A stretch of DNA of 63,101 nucleotides, counting the filler, from Choristocarpus tenellus KU-1152 (lineage: Eukaryota; Protista; Phaeophyceae): assembly GCA_964200185.2 (NCBI GenBank). It is 13 parts of 13 records of this genome, joined end to end, with 100 filler letters (N's around TTAATTAATTAA, not from the genome) between each part and the next. Parts side by side here need not be neighbours in the genome. Positions count along the whole stretch, not along the records: positions 7,806 to 17,587 come from CAXNAD020003395.1; positions 17,688 to 21,737 come from CAXNAD020016479.1; positions 21,838 to 24,439 come from CAXNAD020026371.1; positions 24,540 to 27,915 come from CAXNAD020020443.1; 9 more parts are not named here. One strand, given 5' to 3'. The notes beneath the pieces are model-generated. The model was not told the DNA's origin. It was given only the letters and a program-made list of their open reading frames with translations, and searched no databases. This document shows positions 12,301 through 26,100 of the stretch, piece after piece; position 1 is the stretch's first letter, and every line of letters starts with the position of its first letter. The translations under genes and the position numbers were made by a program.

Positions 12301-14423
12301 CTCCTTTTCGCCTCTTTTAGTGACAACTCCAGGTGCGGTTGATCCAGCACGCCTCTATACACCAACAAACAATTCTTCCCATTCTCTGCACTAACCCCAC
12401 AACTGCTGCAACGTCGGAGGAAAATATGCGCTCAGTTGCAGTGTCATTGCATGTTCCGCTGAGACTCAATCAACACCCCCCTTTACCGTGAGGAACTGCT
12501 TGATGAGGCCGTTCTTCTTGGGGCCCCGCCATATGACAGCATTGTCGGAGTTGGGCAGCATAAAGCCAATGGACATTACCCCTAGACCGTCGTTCACCCA
12601 CACTGGAGACCAACCGGAGGCACTCTGGTGAACCTCTTGTCCCACCATACCCAGCATACGCGGAACACTCGGGCCACAAATGTCGATGTCCAGAAGCCCC
12701 ACCTTCTCAAGGGCAGAAAAGGGTTGCTGACATTTCGACTTGCAGACAGCTGTGTGTATGTGTGAGTGTGGTGGAGCGTGTGTGTGGAGGGAGTAGTGAG
12801 GCAAGGGCATTGAGGGAGGGGAGTCAAAAACGACAGTAACAGATTGACAGGGAAAAGTAAAGTATCTCAGGTCGCATTGCCTCTCAGCACAACCAACAAA
12901 TGACTGTAGCTGTTTCTGAGAGATCGGGGCAAAATAGTGTTTTGAGGCACACTATTTTCTTTTTGAGGAAACATTAAATGTTCTACTCTGAAGCATTCCA
13001 GAACCACTACTAGGCACTCTTTTGCCGAAATTGATGCCATTTTTGCAACGTGCTACGCAAGGCAATGCAGTTTCTCACAACAAGTATACACATAGTGACG
13101 TAGGAATAGTCTGTGGAATGGATATAAATACGAGGGGGATAGTCTGCACCAGGGTAAGGAGACCAAATCATCTGGTGCAGGCAAGGTGCTCTCTAGCTGG
13201 TGAAGCAACAGAAGGATGACAAGCCTTGATACCACGAAGGGCGTTTTTGGTTAAAGCATAGGAGCACATATGCATGTACATGGAGACATTGTGGGGTCTC
13301 CATTCACCTGCTTGCCCTTGGCTGCGAGTGAGAAGGCCAGTTGGCAGGACACTGTGCTCTTCCCCACTCCTCCCTTACCAGAGAGAACCAGAATAATGTG
13401 CTTCACGTCCTCCATGCGCTCAGCCACCTCAGCGACAGCTGCTCGGCCAGTGCATTAGTAGAGGACACGTTACTTGATAGGGGTAATGCCTGCTGAGCTT
13501 CTTCTCTTTTTCTCCTTTTCTTCTTTCGAGAGGGAGGGGACTGGAATACTCCTTTGCCCACCCCAAGATACTCTTCTTGGGGTTGATGGTAGGAGGTTGT
13601 ATCTAGATGTAAGAACTTAACCTAGATGCTCTTAAGTGCAAGCATGGATATGTGCCCCTTTTTGAACTGATTACGGTCCTCGATGCTGGAGCTGAACCTT
13701 GAACAGTGATTTTCTTTCAGTTTATTATTTCCCCATCTCTGTGGACATACTCATGGACCTGCATTGTATTGGCACATAGGTCCTTTCTTGTGCTCTTTTT
13801 TGCAATGCCTTTCTGACCACGGGTTCGAGTATGCTGTATGCCACTTCCTTCTCATTTGTGAATTCTTTTTGTCTTTCTTCTGAGCATCAATGCAAAAAAC
13901 TTCGAACTAATGTGTGAAAATCAATCAATTAACCAACCACATGGACTAGAGGTAAACGGAGGCGCACGACTGCAAGCAAGCACATCTTCCAGACCAAACT
14001 AACAACGAGTGGGAAGCGCGCAATCACTAAATATTCTTCGTGCAGGACAGATAGAACACCGGAGCAAAGATGCGGACGTGGGACATGCTCGCATGTGGGA
14101 AGCTTATTTTTTAGAAGTTGGTGTTTTGACATTTTCTAAGGTAAATTCCCCGCCTCCATGCCCCCTGCACCAACTATTGTCCTCTCTAAGGTATATCCCT
14201 AAAGGAATATAACAATAATTTACACTTGATTCCTCTATTTCAAGTTGATCTTACCAGGGTCAACTTCTCGCCCTTTCCCAGAAGCACAAACAGCCTTGTT
14301 GGGGCAACCGACGCAAGATGGTGCTTGTCCAGCCTTTTCTGAGGCTGCTCCCACACATCCTTCATTGGCATTTGCGGGAACATCACCCTGCGGTACTGGC
14401 GCAGAGTCAGTCAATTCGCTCAT
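9323..14423 (-). CDS. NBP35: Cytosolic Fe-S cluster assembly factor NBP35/NUBP1 (P-loop NTPase), complete, 7 exons
   Basis: GT-AG exons, all phase-compatible: 14423-14255, 13438-13308, 12702-12487, 12137-12006, 10903-10808, 10217-10104, 9550-9323. Motifs: N-terminal CX13CX2CX5C, Walker [66 protein letters not shown]. Confidence 0.95.
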
Positions 14424-14713
14424 CTCCCTGATTGTGTGATACGTTTGAGATGAGGTGAACTTTGTTTGAGTGCAATGACCACAAAATTTCCACTAAATTT
14501 CAAAATTTCAATGAGCTTGCAAAGGCGTGAATTTCTTCTGCCCGTTTCGTTCAATAATGGTTTTTCTGTGAACAATCCTAATGATGCGCCTCTTGATAAC
14601 CATTATTGTTATTACCTTAAACGTCGAGTTGCTTCAAGCCATTCATGCGCTGAGTAGCAGGGTACTTTCCAACAGACTACACATTTTAGGGGTTCAACTG
14701 ATATTTGATCAGT
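14424..14713. promoter_or_regulatory. Probable bidirectional promoter between head-to-head NBP35 and the EF-hand-like gene
   Basis: About 290 bp separate two divergently oriented start codons (14423 on -, 14714/14729 on +). No specific promoter motif identified. Confidence 0.5.
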
Positions 14714-16219
14714 ATGACGAATCCGAGCATGATTTCTCAACCTTTCAGCAATACTGCGGGAAATAAGAAGACCTTACCGAAAACTCGCTCTCCAGACATA
14801 TCACCCCTTACGCCCCTACAGTCTGGACTGCGTAAGCTCACCCAAGCCTCCGCCAAATACAACCCAGATAGGGATAAAATTTTGAGGCAAGGGTTCCAAG
14901 GAGAAGGTCTCACCCCCCCAGAACTACGGGTGATGTTGAGGAGGCTGTTCAATGTCAAGCTGAATGTGCCCGAACTGGCCACCGTATTCTCTCACTTCAT
15001 GCCAGACGGAGGAATGGAATTGGACGGCAACACGTTTTTCGTCAAATTCTTGCAGGTGATAAAATTCTTTGGCATAGCCCTCTTGTGTTGTGGATAATTT
15101 CTGGAATGGAAACTCATTCCATCGACCTTGGTCATGCTCGTACATCGAGATGCTATGCTAAAGGTACGAGCGCTTTGAAATGGTGGGATACGTCATTTCA
15201 CTTGGGAGGTCCCCCGTCAATAGAAAGATGATGCTTCTCTCTTGTAAACACGTGCTTTCATATCCCCTCATACTAAGGCAAACCCTCGATTCATTACTCA
15301 ACGATGTCTGCCTTACTTGGTCGAAACATCGAAGATGGGTCAAGCTGAGCGAGACCGATGCCGTATGGAGCATCTTGAGGCAGATCGCCAACACGCGAGC
15401 AAGTTGCAAGAAATGTCTGAGCAAGGTCGACAAGAGAAAACATCCGATTTTCGACATGATGCCGACCTAGCATTGTCATGGGGTAAGTACACCTTTGCAG
15501 GTAGCAAGGTCCTTGGCCCCCATATGTACAAACATTTTCTCTAGGGCTTACAAAACCCAGTGGTACGTGATTGAACTCATCTACACCAGTGTCAAGTCTA
15601 TTAGAGTTAGAAATGGCAATGAGGACGTGGTGCACTAGTTGCTGAGCAGCTGGTTATTGATGGGCAATGGCTAACACAAATTGTAAACAGTTCTGTCTAG
15701 TGCCTGACACACAATATCACCAATTGTGCTACGAAGTATAAATATACTAAAAGCAATGAAAGAACAACATGACCACTTCTCTTTTAGGAGGCACAGGTGT
15801 TGTTCATCTTTTATGTATTCGTCTTATGCATTTGTAGGCGTCGATTTTCCGTACACTTGCAGTTTTCATATCATAAGAAAATTGCGCAGCGTACTAGAAT
15901 CAGGAGTGTCACATAGACTTATCATTCTGACCCCAAATTCCTGTACAATATCACCTTTATCTTGAGCAACAAAAGTGTACTCTCTTCGATAAAGTATTTT
16001 TCGGTGGCCCCCACCTATCCATATTGTCCACAGACACTTTTGTTCTCCCTCCCACATGTCGTCCTCTCATGCATCAGAGCCTAGTGATCTTACCTCCGCA
16101 ATGGAAATAGTAACTGAGGCAGCACTTAGATATGACAAATACTCCCCAGCTGCGGTAAGCCTTGAAGCATTTGAAGGAGCAAAGATGTCACCAAGTGTTT
16201 TCCGGGAGCAGCTTCGAAG
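14714..16219 (+). CDS. Uncharacterised internally repeated EF-hand-like protein, 5' three exons (3' end not found before the gap)
   Basis: Exons 14714/14729-15055, 15335-15482 and 16078-16219 join in phase with GT-AG sites. Repeated module: KLTQASAKYNPD...GFQGEGLTPPELRVMLRRLF versus IVTEAALRYDKY...AFEGAKMSPSVFREQLRR. Degenerate EF-hand-like segment FSHFMPDGGMELDGNTFFVKF. Confidence 0.75.
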
Positions 16220-17158
16220 GTCAGAATTTTTTTTTCATGCTTTAGCTTGAAGGTCTTCATCTTCTGAAAGAGCCATGTTGTCTTGCTGAGATCGATATAC
16301 CACACAATTACTCTCACACCCCTGCCCTTGATCTTTTGCAGCCCTCATCACACACCACCGCAAGCTAGGATGAAAGGCCAAGCTATACACGCACTACTCA
16401 CACTAGAAAAATGGAGCCCTGCTGCCTATTCCTCTTTAGAAATCTTCGCCTTTGTCCTCTTACTTCAGAGAGGTCAAAATTATTTAAAATATATTATACT
16501 AAGCAATTTTAAGCCTAGACCCTACATCATTTTCCTCTCATTCATGACACTGATATCCTCGCTAAGTTACGAAAGGGACATGGCCCCCCTCAATAATACA
16601 TACCCCTTGCCCATTCTTTTGGTAGTTCCTGTGATGTTATTGTATAGCTGGACCAATCAATCTCTCCAAGTGTTAAATCACCGGTACATAGCACGTTATG
16701 AAATCTCAGTGACTTGGGCTCAAGTTAATGACAGTCTGGTTAGTCCCTATCCATACATCCTGAGCAAGCTTGTCAGGAACCAGCAGAGCATCCAGCCAAT
16801 GAAGATGTACTTTTTTTGGTCGGTGGGAGTAGGTTATCCAGTTCACTAGTGCAGTGTTGCTCTTGAAATGTTCACTAGTGCAATGAAAGATACTCGGGGT
16901 ATTATCTTATGTAACAGAGACTTGTCATGTACATGTCACAGACTTTGTCCTTGGCATTTTGCTTGACATCAAATATCCTAATACTTCTCTGCTGAAAGTG
17001 TCAGTCCCTTCAAACAAAATGCCAATGAGCACTGTGCAACATGTGTAGCAGCTGTGCCTAGTCCAGTGGCAAATAGAACATGGTTTATGAAGGGGTGGTG
17101 GGAGGATCCGTGCACACCTTTCGTGCAAGCAACTCTACACTTCGGAATTGTTTGTAAT

Positions 17159-17416
17159 GACCCAAAGCCTTTAAGAGGGTAGGGCCACATCCGTTCGGGG
17201 TCATTAATCCAATGTTGCGATTTTGATTAATTTTGGCTATCACGTTTCTCAGCAAGTGTCCATATCCTTGCTCCGGAGACACCTTTCATAGTTCTATACG
17301 TTTTATGCAACTGTGTTAAAACAAAAAACTGAGAACGGACATAAAAAATCGGTGGGAAGCCAAGCCCCGAACGTACAAACAGGGCAAAAATCATACCCTC
17401 TTAAATGCTTTGGGTC
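17159..17416. mobile_element. MITE family B copy (~257 bp)
   Basis: TIRs GACCCAAAGCCTTTAAGAGGGTA / TACCCTCTTAAATGCTTTGGGTC; interior homologous to 32726-32982. Confidence 0.8.
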
Positions 17417-17687
17417 TGATATTCACTGCTGCCAGTATGATGATGTGTAAGAAAGCTACAACAGTATTGTGTTTGATCAACAGCATTTTTCCATGGAAAA
17501 GGTATATCATGTGACTTCGCCAAGCATATACTACTACTGAGAAATTAAGTCATGTGTGTATCAAATTGGGTCAAAGTATCTGGGGGGNNNNNNNNNNNNN
17601 NNNNNNNNNNNNNNNNNNNNNNNNNNNNNNNTTAATTAATTAANNNNNNNNNNNNNNNNNNNNNNNNNNNNNNNNNNNNNNNNNNNN

Positions 17688-17754
<67 letters not shown>

Positions 17755-18444
17755 GGTTCAAGGGATGAAGCCTTTTGTTTGTTTGTTTGCTTGCGCTGGA
17801 TAGTGGTTCCGTGCATGGAGATGTTCCATCGAATTTGTGATTTGATTACACCTCAAAAATATCTGGTTTCCAACTTGTTTCTTCCTTGTGTGTGCATGCA
17901 CGGATCAGTACTTCTAAGGAGGGTACTTCTTTACTCTTTTTTGTTTCTCAAGTGAGATAAAGTGGCTGTCAATTATTGGGGGCTGCTGCTCGAGTTACTC
18001 AGCAGAATGAGTGTTGAACCTCAAAACCTTTTGGTTAGAAGATCGTTTGGCATGCCCTGGAGTAGTAGTTGCTATTTCTTCCATCAAGTGTGCCCCAGTC
18101 CCCTCCCCTTCCGGTGAAAAAAAAACCTTTTATTTTTTTTCTTTTGGCTTTTGATAACTCCGGTACTCACAAGCAGGGCTTGCTTGCTGTCTGGTCAAAT
18201 TCAAACGCCCCTAGCCACACCCACTAGTTACTTCCAATGGCCTTTTAATTTTTTTTTTTTTTTTTTCTCGGGCATCCTTGCGTCTGGTGTCATCTGACAT
18301 CTGATTTTGGTTAGACAATGATTTTTTGCAGATATTAAAACACCATCGCATACTGCGTATGCGTATGACCTCCCTACATATCCAGATGTTTTTTTTTTCT
18401 CTCTTTTCGATGCAATGGCGTTTTGGACTGGTCCGTGCACGCAG

Positions 18445-19569
18445 GTACCTCCATACAAGAAGTGTGTACGCCTTTTCCCAGGTTGGATCTCCCCTGTACA
18501 TGTCCCCGGAGACCCTAGAAGGGAAGGGGCACGAGATGGTGTCCGACATATGGTCCTTGGGGTGTGTTTTGTATGAGCTGGCCATGCTTACCTCTCCGTT
18601 TGCAAGTAGACATCTCACCATGGACAAGGTAACAAAGACTTTTGATATTTTAATATAGGGTTCTTTTATGTGGTGTAATGGTGTTGATGTCGGGGTTGGA
18701 TAGAGCAGCAGAGGAAATGTGGCCGGGGGTTGCTGTTTGGTGGTGGTATGGGCTCCTTATCTTACTCCTTGTTACTCCCTCTATCTCCCACCTGGACCTT
18801 GGGATGGCATTGTTATGACTCTTGAGTTTGAAGTGCTCTTCATGGGGCTTCCGGTGCCCTGCACCCACATGGCCACCTAGCTTTTGCGTTACGTTGCCTT
18901 CACCCTGAAACTACATAGTACAAGTGCGTTGAGAGTTGTGTCATGGTACAGGGGCTGGTCCATGACGAGATCTATAATGTTTGTACTTTGAATCTGAGCT
19001 CAAGTAGGTATGGATTATTTGTTCAATTTTATGTCCCTAAATCGTCCCTACTGTGTGTGGAGTATCATCATGAACTTAGTGTGGTACAATAGTCTTCTAC
19101 CTAACCCTATCCCTAACCCTGGAAGTAGGCATAGAGCTAGATGTATTGCTGGTGATGGACCCATGTGATTTGGATGGAAGCATTGTTTGTTGTGTGTATA
19201 TGTACATAAATATATATATATATATATATCTGTGGGTGTTTACATGTATGATTCTTTACCTTGTACAAGGTTGCACCCTTCCCCCTCATGTGTGTTACTG
19301 CGATGTTGTTGTTGTAGAGAGGTCTCCATTCTCATGTTGTCTATTTGCACAACCCTCTTTGCACCGTTTGCGGTACAAGAAACTTGGCACTTCTGATTGT
19401 GTGTACGGCCTCATTGCCTCCCTTCCCCCCCTGCCTACACAAGTTGTTCCACAAGATCGTTCGAGCAGACTACCTCCCAGTTGATAGGACATTGTACAGT
19501 CAGCACCTCAGCAACCTCGTTGATCACCTTCTTGTGCCAGACCCACGCAGCCGTCCGCACATTGACGTG
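18445..19569 (+). CDS. NIMA-related (NEK family) Ser/Thr kinase, C-lobe exons (partial gene)
   Basis: Exon 18445-18628 reads YLHTRSVYAFSQVGSPLYMSPETLEGKGHEMVSDIWSLGCVLYELAMLTSPF. Exon 19444-19569 reads LFHKIVRADYLPV...YSQHLSNLVDHLLVPDPRSRP. Together they cover kinase subdomains VIII-XI with a NEK-like signature; the N-lobe is not in the readable sequence. Confidence 0.85.
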
Positions 19570-21837
19570 GTGAGGGTTTTTGCGCATTTGGTGTTGGATG
19601 TTTCCTCAACTCTTCTTGTAGTTGAGATTGATTTATATTCCCCTTTGATTTTTTATTAAGTGTTTTTTTTTTTAATTTAAATGTTTATCCTAAGTGCACG
19701 TTTTTTTTTTAGGACCTATGGTCAGCAACATTATTCATAGTAACGAGTCACCTTGGTTTGAGTTTGTTTTTTTTGGAAGGTGCTCTATCGATCGACCATG
19801 AAACACTCGACTTTTTTTGCATGCAACAGCCGTTAAAGGATACTTCGACTGTAGATTGGTTTGTATGGTGGATTTGGAGTTCGGAAGTGTCAGGTTAGGG
19901 GTATTCGTGAGGTAGGTAAATGCAGTTGTGCCCCCTTTTCAATAACTGGTGGAAGATACCAAAGTGTCCAGTATGTCCGCGGAAGAGAAGTTACTGTGTG
20001 CCCTCAAGGTCTATGCCTCCTCAAATCAATGGAATTTTCAACAATGAATAGGATTAGGTTCATGGTGCTGTGGTCCTACTATTCGAGGTGACCTGCCTTG
20101 ATAACCTCAAGTTATATTGGAAGTAGTAAGCTCCCTGGAAAAAATTGAAGATTTGGATGCTGCTGCTGTGTAGAACGCTTTTGTGCGTGCTCACAGGCAG
20201 TAGTGTCTGTTCTGTCTGGGTTGGAAGGTTTGCCCTGACATTGACTGGTCTTTCCTTGCAACATGGTCTTTAGCGAAGTGCTGAGGTAGAGTAGGCTGGA
20301 TGCTGTCAATTGCTTGCTCCCACGTATCCTCCCTAACCCTAGTACACCAATCGGGATGAAAGTACTGTCCTGTTATGTTCCTCCGCCTTAGTCCCAGTCT
20401 GTGTACCATTAGGCCACGCTGGATTCGAATATGACAATTGAAAGGCAAGATGCTATCGGCACAATGTACTCATCGCCTGTCCTTTTTTGACCATGCTGCT
20501 GGGGCTTGTTTCTTTGGTATATGGTACTGTAGGTGCAGCCAGCATCTCACCTGGCTCTTCAGGGACAGCTTAACGGGCGACAGGTAGGTGTATCTAAGTA
20601 GTTCTATGCAGTAGTATCTATGTATAGCTCTTTGCAAATGCACGTTCTGACAATATCTATATTCTTGGCCTGATACAGGTGTTGGTGCGTTGGGAATACC
20701 TCCTCTTTTGTGGTGACAGTACCTTGCCATCCTAGTGTACACAAAAGGAAGATTTGGAGTGGAAATAGTATGTGGTCTGCCTTTCCTCTTTTTTTTTGCT
20801 CTATGGTGCAGAAGTTAAGAAAGCAATCGAGGCACTCCCTGCATGCTTGTACCCTTGTTTTGTACATGTTTCGAGGGGTAGAGGTCACTCTTTCAAAGTC
20901 ATCGAAGAGCGCTTGTTCATGACCAGCCCCTGTGCTGGGAGTGAAGTCTACAACCGTTCTTGGTTGTGGGTGTGTTGGAGCACAACCGAGAACGATGCGT
21001 TCACTGTACATGTATCAATCGATGTTGTTTGTTCACCCCCTTGTATTGTGTGTTTTTGGTCAGACTTTGTTCATTCCAGCTGCTACTGTAGGCAGGTAAG
21101 TTTCTTTGCCTGGAGGTGGAAATCAACTTCGATTTTGATGCCAATGACAAATCATTTTATAACCTATATGATTTAAGCAGTACGCAAAAAACCCGGGAAG
21201 TGTTTCTACTCAATTGCCTCGTCACTTTTTACCAAAACCGAGACTGATCATGAAGAGGAGTGTGCTTCTGATACGTGTATAGACTCATTGTATGTGTTCC
21301 TTGTGACCCTAGTCTGCCATGAAGGCAATCGGGGAGCTTAGACATGATTGGGAGGTAGAACACAACTAGTGGAAGTAGGCTCGGCTTGCCTCATCTCCTG
21401 CATGTTCAAGGGATGCCTCTGGTTGCCCAAAACCCCCAACCGAAATCATGATTAACACAAGGTGTTTAAGTGTATATCTTTATTGTACCCTCCGTCCCTC
21501 ATTCAATCTCCCCTCCAATTCAGGCAGGCTATTGCATGTACAGGTGTCGCTAGCACCATTTGCCAACCAGATGCAAGCACTTGCATTTTTTTTTCTTTTC
21601 ATGAACGGGAAGTATTGAACACAACCGACGCCAACAGTATCTTACATTTTTTGTGCACAGGGGTTGAACCTGAAGATGTTACGTCCATGCCATCATACCT
21701 TGCCAGGTGTTCAACTCCGAGGAACAGGTGTCACAAANNNNNNNNNNNNNNNNNNNNNNNNNNNNNNNNNNNNNNNNNNNNTTAATTAATTAANNNNNNN
21801 NNNNNNNNNNNNNNNNNNNNNNNNNNNNNNNNNNNNN

Positions 21838-24259
21838 CCATGATTCCTCTTCCTTCGTAGTCTATGTATCATATACAATGCATTCGATTCAGGTTTCAAC
21901 ACAGTCCAGGCATCAAGGAAAAATGGAACTCCATGTTCACAGAATCACTAATGATGCTGGGGTTCGAAAATCAAAACTGACCCTTGCTTGTATCAACGAC
22001 CATGGATGGTGAACTGGAAACAGTCATAACACAAGTCGATGACATTCTGGTGGGCAGTACAGGCACTACTGCAATGGAGCAGCTTGTGTGAGAGATTTGG
22101 GCACGAATTCCAATATCAGACATCTTGAGGAAATGAGCTTGTACATGGGCTATCGTATCTACCATGGTCGAGAGAAGAAGGAACTAAAAGTAGGCCAGCA
22201 CATCTACTGCCAGACCGTTGCAAGAAGAGTCGACATCATCGAGACCAGCATGGTTCCAGTACCACTGGAGACAACACTCTCCGCAAAGGATTTCCTAGAC
22301 TCCGTTGATCAGAAGCAAGCAATGCAGAAAATATAGAACTGGGAAGCAGTGTGGGGCACTGATGTCGGCATCTATTATGACTCGACCAGACATTGCAGAT
22401 TCGTACTTGGTCAGTAGCAAAATTCTGTGAGAATCCAGGACAAGCACACTGGATGGCTGTGCAGAAGATACTTCAGTACTTGTTGAGGACAATGGGTAAG
22501 GGCTTGACATGACGAGGACCGAAGCCAACAATGGAAAGAACTGGTAGAACTTTTAGTAGAGCTCTAACAAAACCTAGTCCCAGATAGCGCAAGCTGTTAT
22601 ACTTGATGTGATTTCGCTCGAGGGTTGCTATCCCTCTAATCTAATCAGTGACTAACTTTGGCGGGGCATAACTAAAGTGTGGTTGTGTATCATGGCGGCG
22701 CATGTTGCCTTTTGACGGAAGATTAACCATGTGACTATGCCAGGATTCGATGCCATGACAGTGGCGTCTGTTGGAACTTCAGTAGACCCATGAGTTACCA
22801 ACCAGTTGTAACCTGAGTATCTGTCCTCAGTAGCTCAGGGGCTTACTACAGTTCTAACAATGAAGGCATTTTCAGATGCTGAGTACGCTACATGCCCAGA
22901 CGACAGGCGATCTGTTCCGGGGTTGTCATTCTACGAGGTGGTGCTGCCATAACGGGTTTTCGTGAACCCAAAGGGTGACGGCTATTGTAAAGTATAAAGA
23001 AGGAATACATGGAAGTTGGTAGAAGTGGTCGAAGACATCATGTTCCTGCGACCCATGGTGCCAAAACTAAGGTATTGCACAATCAACTGTATGAAGACAA
23101 CGAGGGGGGCAACTAGGCTGACTAATAATCCTATTGGTAGCCATCGTACCATATATATAGATATGATGTATCACTTTACTCGTAGGGCAGTGGAGGATAA
23201 GAAATCAGTGTAGGACACATCAGATCGGAAGAACAGTGGGCGGATGTAATGACAAAGGGGCTTGATGTAAAACGTTTTCATCGGCACATTAGTACGATTG
23301 TGAACGAGAAATACACTTTATTGTAGTATTGAGACCAAGTGCAGGAATACTTGAAATAGGTTGTTTGAGGAGAAAAAATTAAAGGGGGAACTGACTCTGA
23401 CATAAATTACATTAATAATGTGGGTTTCAGCTAACCAAGGATCGACCAACAAATAACGCTAATCGGATTGACGAACTTCTTGCTGCACGATACACTAGCT
23501 ACCGCTGATGTGGGTATCATACATAGTAGCTATATTATTGCTATTACATACCTATGTAAGTGTTGTAGCTGGTGTTTCATTTTTTTTATTTACTCTTTTT
23601 TACCTTAGCCATTAAAATAGTTCAGTTTTTTTTTTTAATTCTTTTTGACTCGGATTGCTTTCGGCAACAGGGTATATGTTCTGATTGATTAGCGAGTTAT
23701 TGTAGTATGGAATGAGTTGATATGTTGAGTGGAGGTGTTAGTGGTTGTACCGTACAAAGTGTTCCAAAGTATGTTCAGCAAAATGCCACCGAATACATCG
23801 AACTGTGTTTGACGGTTTCAGACGAAACAACACGTTCTAGAAGGATAGTTTCTAGATCTCTAAGTACAATTTCGATGTAGTCGGGTAGGACAGAAATATC
23901 TGGCATTCTGGAAGTACCATTGTTCTAGATGTCTAGCAGTCTAGAGAAGAGAGAAGTCCCATACAATGTCACCTCCAAATTTCCACTGAGGACTGACCTC
24001 TTCTACAGAGTTCGATCTACAAGTGCAAGCGTGCACAAATAACAAAATACAAAAAATATACATATCTCAAGACGCATCCAACAGAGTGAGAGCAGAGACT
24101 CACTGCCTGAAGGGAGGGAGTCCGTGTTGGTGAACGCAGGTGCCAACGAACAGAACATACGTCTGAGTACCAGAAGATATATGGACAACATAAATATGTT
24201 ACTGGAAATGTATATACTGGAAAATACATGGACAACATAAATGCTCCCAATTGTCAACA
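21838..24259 (+). mobile_element. Degenerate Ty1/Copia LTR retrotransposon, 3' half (RT, RNase H, PPT, 3' LTR)
   Basis: Frameshifted RT (VDDILVG, MTRPDIA) and RNase H (AFSDAEYATCPDDRRSV; HIRSEEQWADVMTKGL). Purine tract GAGTGGAGG directly precedes a candidate LTR at 23736-24259 with TGTT...AACA termini. Confidence 0.85.
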
Positions 24260-24804
24260 TAATATACTATATATACTGGGTACTTCCACCACAGCTAAGT
24301 GAGAGGGACCATTGTATAAGGTGTAAAAGCACACTGCTATCTGTGGTTCCCCTCACTGTTATCTCTTATCCAAAATGTTTCGGAGTAGGTAAAATGTGTA
24401 CGTTATGAAAACGTGTGTCCGAAACATAGATATTGACACNNNNNNNNNNNNNNNNNNNNNNNNNNNNNNNNNNNNNNNNNNNNTTAATTAATTAANNNNN
24501 NNNNNNNNNNNNNNNNNNNNNNNNNNNNNNNNNNNNNNNCCCCCTTCCCGCTAGTCTACCCAAGCCGCCCCCCCTCCTGGCGTACTCCCAATGAGTAGTC
24601 CAGCCGCCAAAATAAACCCCCAGGGCAGACTCGCGGGATCTATAACCCACCTTAATCTCCTATATAGATTTGTAGTAGAAATTCGTGTGACCAAGCCATC
24701 TAGTTGTAGTGAACTATCCTTGGGGTTATGGTATATTACGCCTGCTTAAAGTTCATTAACGTTGTTTTTGGGTTCTATCTCTTACGGCTATGCCTCCTCA
24801 CACT

Positions 24805-25690
24805 TGGTGCCCCAATTCTTGGCTACCCACACATTCCTTGTCTTTCTGACACTGAACTCTTGGTTTGGGATGGGATCTGTAACACTGGATGCTTCGACGG
24901 GCTTCAGCTGGTTTTTGATTAATAGTTCGTAAGTCTATCCTCCTCTCTCTCCCCTCCTTCCTTACTCTCGTTGTGGGTTATCCAACTTGCGCCGCAATCG
25001 CAGGAGGTTTGTCAATCACTCCTACTCCTCTGTACGTTGTTGAACTTCTCTTACCTTAGAAGGCTGTTGGGGATCCCCCCCATCCAATGTCTGTGACATT
25101 CCTGTATTCTTGGGACCACATTCCCAACCCTATTTAGGGCTCAACCCATTGCTCAAATATTGTCCCTGCACCCTCCTCCGCCTTGCCTGGCGTAATCTGG
25201 TAGGGTTTAGTCTGGATGGATTCCGTAAGGACTCAAGCATGTAACATGTATGTATTAGTATAGAGCATCCTTAGTCCCCCAATTCTTGCTACCCACGAAT
25301 TCCTTATATCTTTGACATTAGACTCCCCTTCTACTTTCTTTTTTCTCATTTTTTATTTATTTTTATTTTTTACAGTTTGAGATGGAATATTTTACACTTA
25401 ATGCTTTGACACCGTTTCCACTGGTTTTTGTCAAAAATTTCATAGGTCTACCCTCCCCCCTTTTCTATATGTTCTTGGACTTCTCTTACCTTAGAAGGTT
25501 TGTTGGGGATCACCTCCCTCCATTGTCTGTGCCGTACCTATATTCTCAAGTCCACCTTCCCACCGCTAGTCAAAGATCAACCCATTGCTCCAACAATGGT
25601 CATGTACCCTCCTCGTCATTGTCTTGCGTAATCTGGTAGAGGCTAATCTGGATGGGTTCCGTAAGGACTGGACTGTGTATTGTGCATGTA
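24805..25690. repeat. Two diverged direct repeats of ~440-460 bp
   Basis: Colinear shared blocks at 24809/25277 (CCCCAATTCTTG), 25044/25479 (ACTTCTCTTACCTTAGAAGG) and 25190/25626 (GCGTAATCTGGTAG...TTCCGTAAGGACT). Confidence 0.8.
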
Positions 25691-26100
25691 TTAGTCTAGA
25701 ACAGTCATAGATGCCAGTGAGTTGACTAGGACGTGGGAAATTCATCGCTACATTATGTACTTACGATCAACAAGTGCGCACTTTTCTAATATAGTTCAGG
25801 GTTCATCTAAGCAATCCGCATCTTCCTGAACATTTTTTTTTGTCAATGAATATACAAGTATATATGTGTATTTTTATTTCATAATGAGAGACCTGCCGCC
25901 TATTGTTCATGTATCTTCCTTTCAATTGAACACGTTCATTTTCACTCCTTGTGCAGCTCAAATTGTAAGCAGTAGCCCTTTATTCACAATGGTCATCTCA
26001 ATTTGTTTTGCTCACGAAGTCTGGATTATTATTATTATCACTTTATTCCTTGTTTGCCATTCCTCTATTCTCCATTCCTCTCCTGGTTTCCTATTTACCC

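Noticed and set aside
17688-17753. Long poly-G tracts (also near 38515-38595 and 59525) as G-quadruplex elements
   Set aside because: They abut assembly gaps, so their length is unreliable and may be a sequencing artefact.
20100-21200. Possible LINE or other TE relics (also 2100-2590, 28000-29500, 33800-34300, 37200-38400, 43050-44100)
   Set aside because: The composition is coding-like, but I could not identify any diagnostic motif with confidence.
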